Below, in pieces: positions 61,301 through 64,000 of a stretch of 64,000 bases of DNA. This stretch comes from Eledone cirrhosa (Eukaryota). Made by a program: the position numbers and the translations under genes. The notes beneath the pieces are model-generated. The model worked only from the letters and a program-made list of their open reading frames with translations. It did not search any database and had not been told where the DNA came from. The first letter of the stretch is position 1; each line of letters starts with the position of its first letter. Location: positions 375,348,001 to 375,412,000 of the forward strand of contig OZ024743.1 in the NCBI GenBank assembly GCA_964016885.1, written 5' to 3'.

Positions 61301-64000
61301 CCACCAAGACACATTAACTCTATAAAATGTCTACACCACCACCAAGACACATTAACTCTATAAAATGTCTACACCACCACCAACACACATTAACTCCATA
61401 AAATGTCTACACCACCACCAAGACACATTAACTCTATAAAATGTCCACACCACAACCAAGACACATTAACTCTATAAAATGTTTACACCACCACCAAGTC
61501 ACATTAACTCTATAAAATGTCTACACCACCACCAAGTCACATTAACTCTATAAAATGTCTACACCACCACCAAGACACATTCACACTATAAAATGTCTAC
61601 ACCACCACCAAGACACATTAACTCTATAAAATGTTTACACCACCACCAAGACACATTAACTCTATAAAATGTCCACACCACCACCAAGACACATTAACTC
61701 TATAAAATGTTTACACCACCACCAAGGCACATTACCTCTATAAAATGTCCACACCACCACCAAGACACATTAACTCTATAAAATGTTTACACCACCACCA
61801 AGACACATTAACTCTATAAAATGTCCACACCACCACCAAGACACATTAACTCTATAAAATGTCCACACCACCACCAAATCACATTAACTCTATAAAATGT
61901 CTACACCACCACCAAGACACATTCACTATATAAAATGTCCACACCACCACCAAGACACATTAACTCTATAAAATGTCTACACCACAACCAAGACACATTA
62001 ACTCTATAAAATGTCCACACCACCACCAAGTCACATTAACTCTATAAAATGTCTACACCACCACCAAGACACATTAACTCTATAAAATGTCTACACCACC
62101 ACCAAGACACATTTACTCTATAAATTGTCTACACCACCACCAAGACACATTCACACTATAAAATGTCTACACCACCACCAAGACACATTAACTCTATAAA
62201 ATGTCCACACCACCACCAAGACACATTAACTCTATAAAATGTTTACACCACAACCAAGACACATTAACTCTATAAAATGTCCACACCACCGCCAAGACAC
62301 ATTAACTCTATAAAATGTCTACACCACCACCAAGACACATTAACTCTATAAAATGTCCACACCACCACCAAGACACATTCACTCTATAAAATATCTACAC
62401 CACAACCAAGACACATTAACTCTATAAAATGTCTACACCACCACCAAGACACATTCACTCTATAAAATGTCTACACCACCACCAAGACACATTCACTCTA
62501 TAAAATATCTACACCACAACCAAGACACATTAACTCTATAAAATGTCTACACCACCACCAAGACACATTAACTCTATAAAATGTCTACACCACCACCAAG
62601 ACACATTCACTCTATAAAATGTTTACACCACCACCAAGACACATTAACTCTATAAATTGTCTACACCACCACCAAGACACATTCACACTATAAAATGTCT
62701 ACACCACCACCAAGACACATTCACACTATAAAACGTCTACACCACCACCAAGACACATTAACTCTATAAAATGTTTACACCACCAAGTCACATTAACTCT
62801 ATAAAATGTCTACACCACCACCAAGACACATTAACTCTATAAAATGTCTACACCACCACCAAGACACATTTCCTCTATAAATTGTCTACACCACCACCAA
62901 GACACATTCACACTATAAAATGTCTACACCACCACCAAGACACGTTCACTCTATAAAATGTCTACACCACCACCAAGACACATTCACTTTACAAAATGTC
63001 CATACCACCACCAAGACACATTAACTCTATAAAATGTCCACAGCACCACCAAGACACATTAACTCTATAAAATGTTTACACCACCACCAAGTCACATTAA
63101 CTCTATAAACTGTCTAGACCACCACCAAGACACATTAACTCTATAAAATGTCTACACCACCACCAAGACACATTCACATTATAAAATGTCTACACCACCA
63201 CCAAGACACGTTCACTCTATAAAATGTCTACACCACCACCAAGACACACTCACTTTACAAAATGTCCATACCACCACCAAGACACATTAACTCTATAAAA
63301 TGTCTACACCACCACCAAGACACATTAACTCTATAAAATGTTTACACCACCACCAAGACACATTAACTCTCTAAAATGTTTACACCACCACCAAGACACA
63401 TTAACTCTATAAAATGTTTACACCACCACCAAGTCACATTAACTCTATAAACTGGGTAGACCACCACCAAGACACATTAACTCTATAAAATGTCTACACC
63501 ACCACCAAGACACATTCACACTATAAAATGTCTACACCACCACCAAGACACATTCACACTATAAAATGTCTAGACCACCACCAAGACACATTAACTCTAT
63601 AAAATGTCCACACCACAACCAAGACACATTCACTCTATAAAATATCTACACCACCACCAAGACACATTCACACTATAAAATGTCTAGACCACCACCAAGA
63701 CACATTTACTCCATAAAATGTCCACACCACAACCAAGACACATTCACTCTATAAAATGTCTACACCACCACCAAGACACATTCACTCTATAAAATGTCCA
63801 CACCACAACCAGTACACATTCACTCTATAAAATGTCTAGACCACCACCAAGACACATTATCTCTATAAAATGTCCACACCACAACCAAGACACATTCACT
63901 CTATAAAATGTCTACACCACCACCAAGAAACATTCACACTATAAAATGTCTACACCACAACCAAGACACATTCACTCTATAAAATGTCTACACCACCACC
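46383..64000 (+). repeat. Copy 2 of the macro-repeat, truncated by the window end (matches ~22873-40528)
   Basis: The same ordered rare variants recur: cctggaaaat 27781/51291 and gaatgtctac 36751/60261 (offset 23510), then tgggtaga 39981/63453 (offset 23472, after loss of one monomer near 60330). Confidence 0.95.

Larger units (their letters stand above)
1..64000 (+). repeat. 38-bp tandem satellite DNA array (~1,680 monomers), running off both ends of the window
   Basis: The unit AAAATGTCYACACCACCACCAAGACACATTMACTCTAT recurs every 38 bp from the first to the last line. ATG starts in the ORF track are spaced by multiples of 38 (e.g. 2951, 2989, 3027). No non-repeat segment or inversion was seen. 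Confidence 0.99.

Noticed and set aside
1-64000. CRISPR array (repeat length in the CRISPR range, weak dyad)
   Set aside because: Monomers abut directly with no unique spacers, the variable segment is a few recurring alleles of ~9 bp, and there is no leader or cas gene.
1-64000. TATA-like TATAAAA followed by AAAATG in most monomers
   Set aside because: The motif overlaps the ATG rather than lying ~25-30 bp upstream of a start site, is lost in TAC-type monomers, and has no downstream gene. There is no evidence of promoter function.
1-64000. Information-encoding or synthetic repeat (variant string read as a code)
   Set aside because: The order of variants is explained by nested duplications with accumulating point mutations, as in natural satellites. 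There are no linkers, adapters or designed junctions.

Overview
The whole 64-kb window is one uninterrupted, head-to-tail tandem satellite array of a 38-bp monomer (consensus AAAATGTC[C/T]ACACCACCACCAAGACACATT[A/C]ACTCTAT), about 1,680 copies. All copies are in one orientation, and I saw no unique insert, gene, RNA gene, transposon or CRISPR array. The ORF track is a by-product of the repeat: three monomers = 114 bp = one 38-aa H/T/P-rich unit. The informative content is the array's internal architecture. (1) A very recent ~23.5-kb tandem macro-duplication (about 22873-46382 repeated from 46383 to the window end) with only a few differences seen. (2) Nested higher-order repeats that are exact multiples of 38 bp (4-, 5-, 14-, 17-, 27-, 38/42-, 50-, 60- and 67/68-mers). 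(3) Two monomer subtypes in domains, with a divergent left part and homogeneous blocks at 31-46 kb and 55-64 kb. (4) Extreme strand asymmetry, with a GGTGGTGGTGTGG motif on the minus strand. This looks like eukaryotic heterochromatic satellite DNA; organism and family cannot be assigned from the sequence. I found no evidence for a new protein-coding system. All offsets were read by eye from diagnostic variants and the ORF track, so boundaries are approximate.
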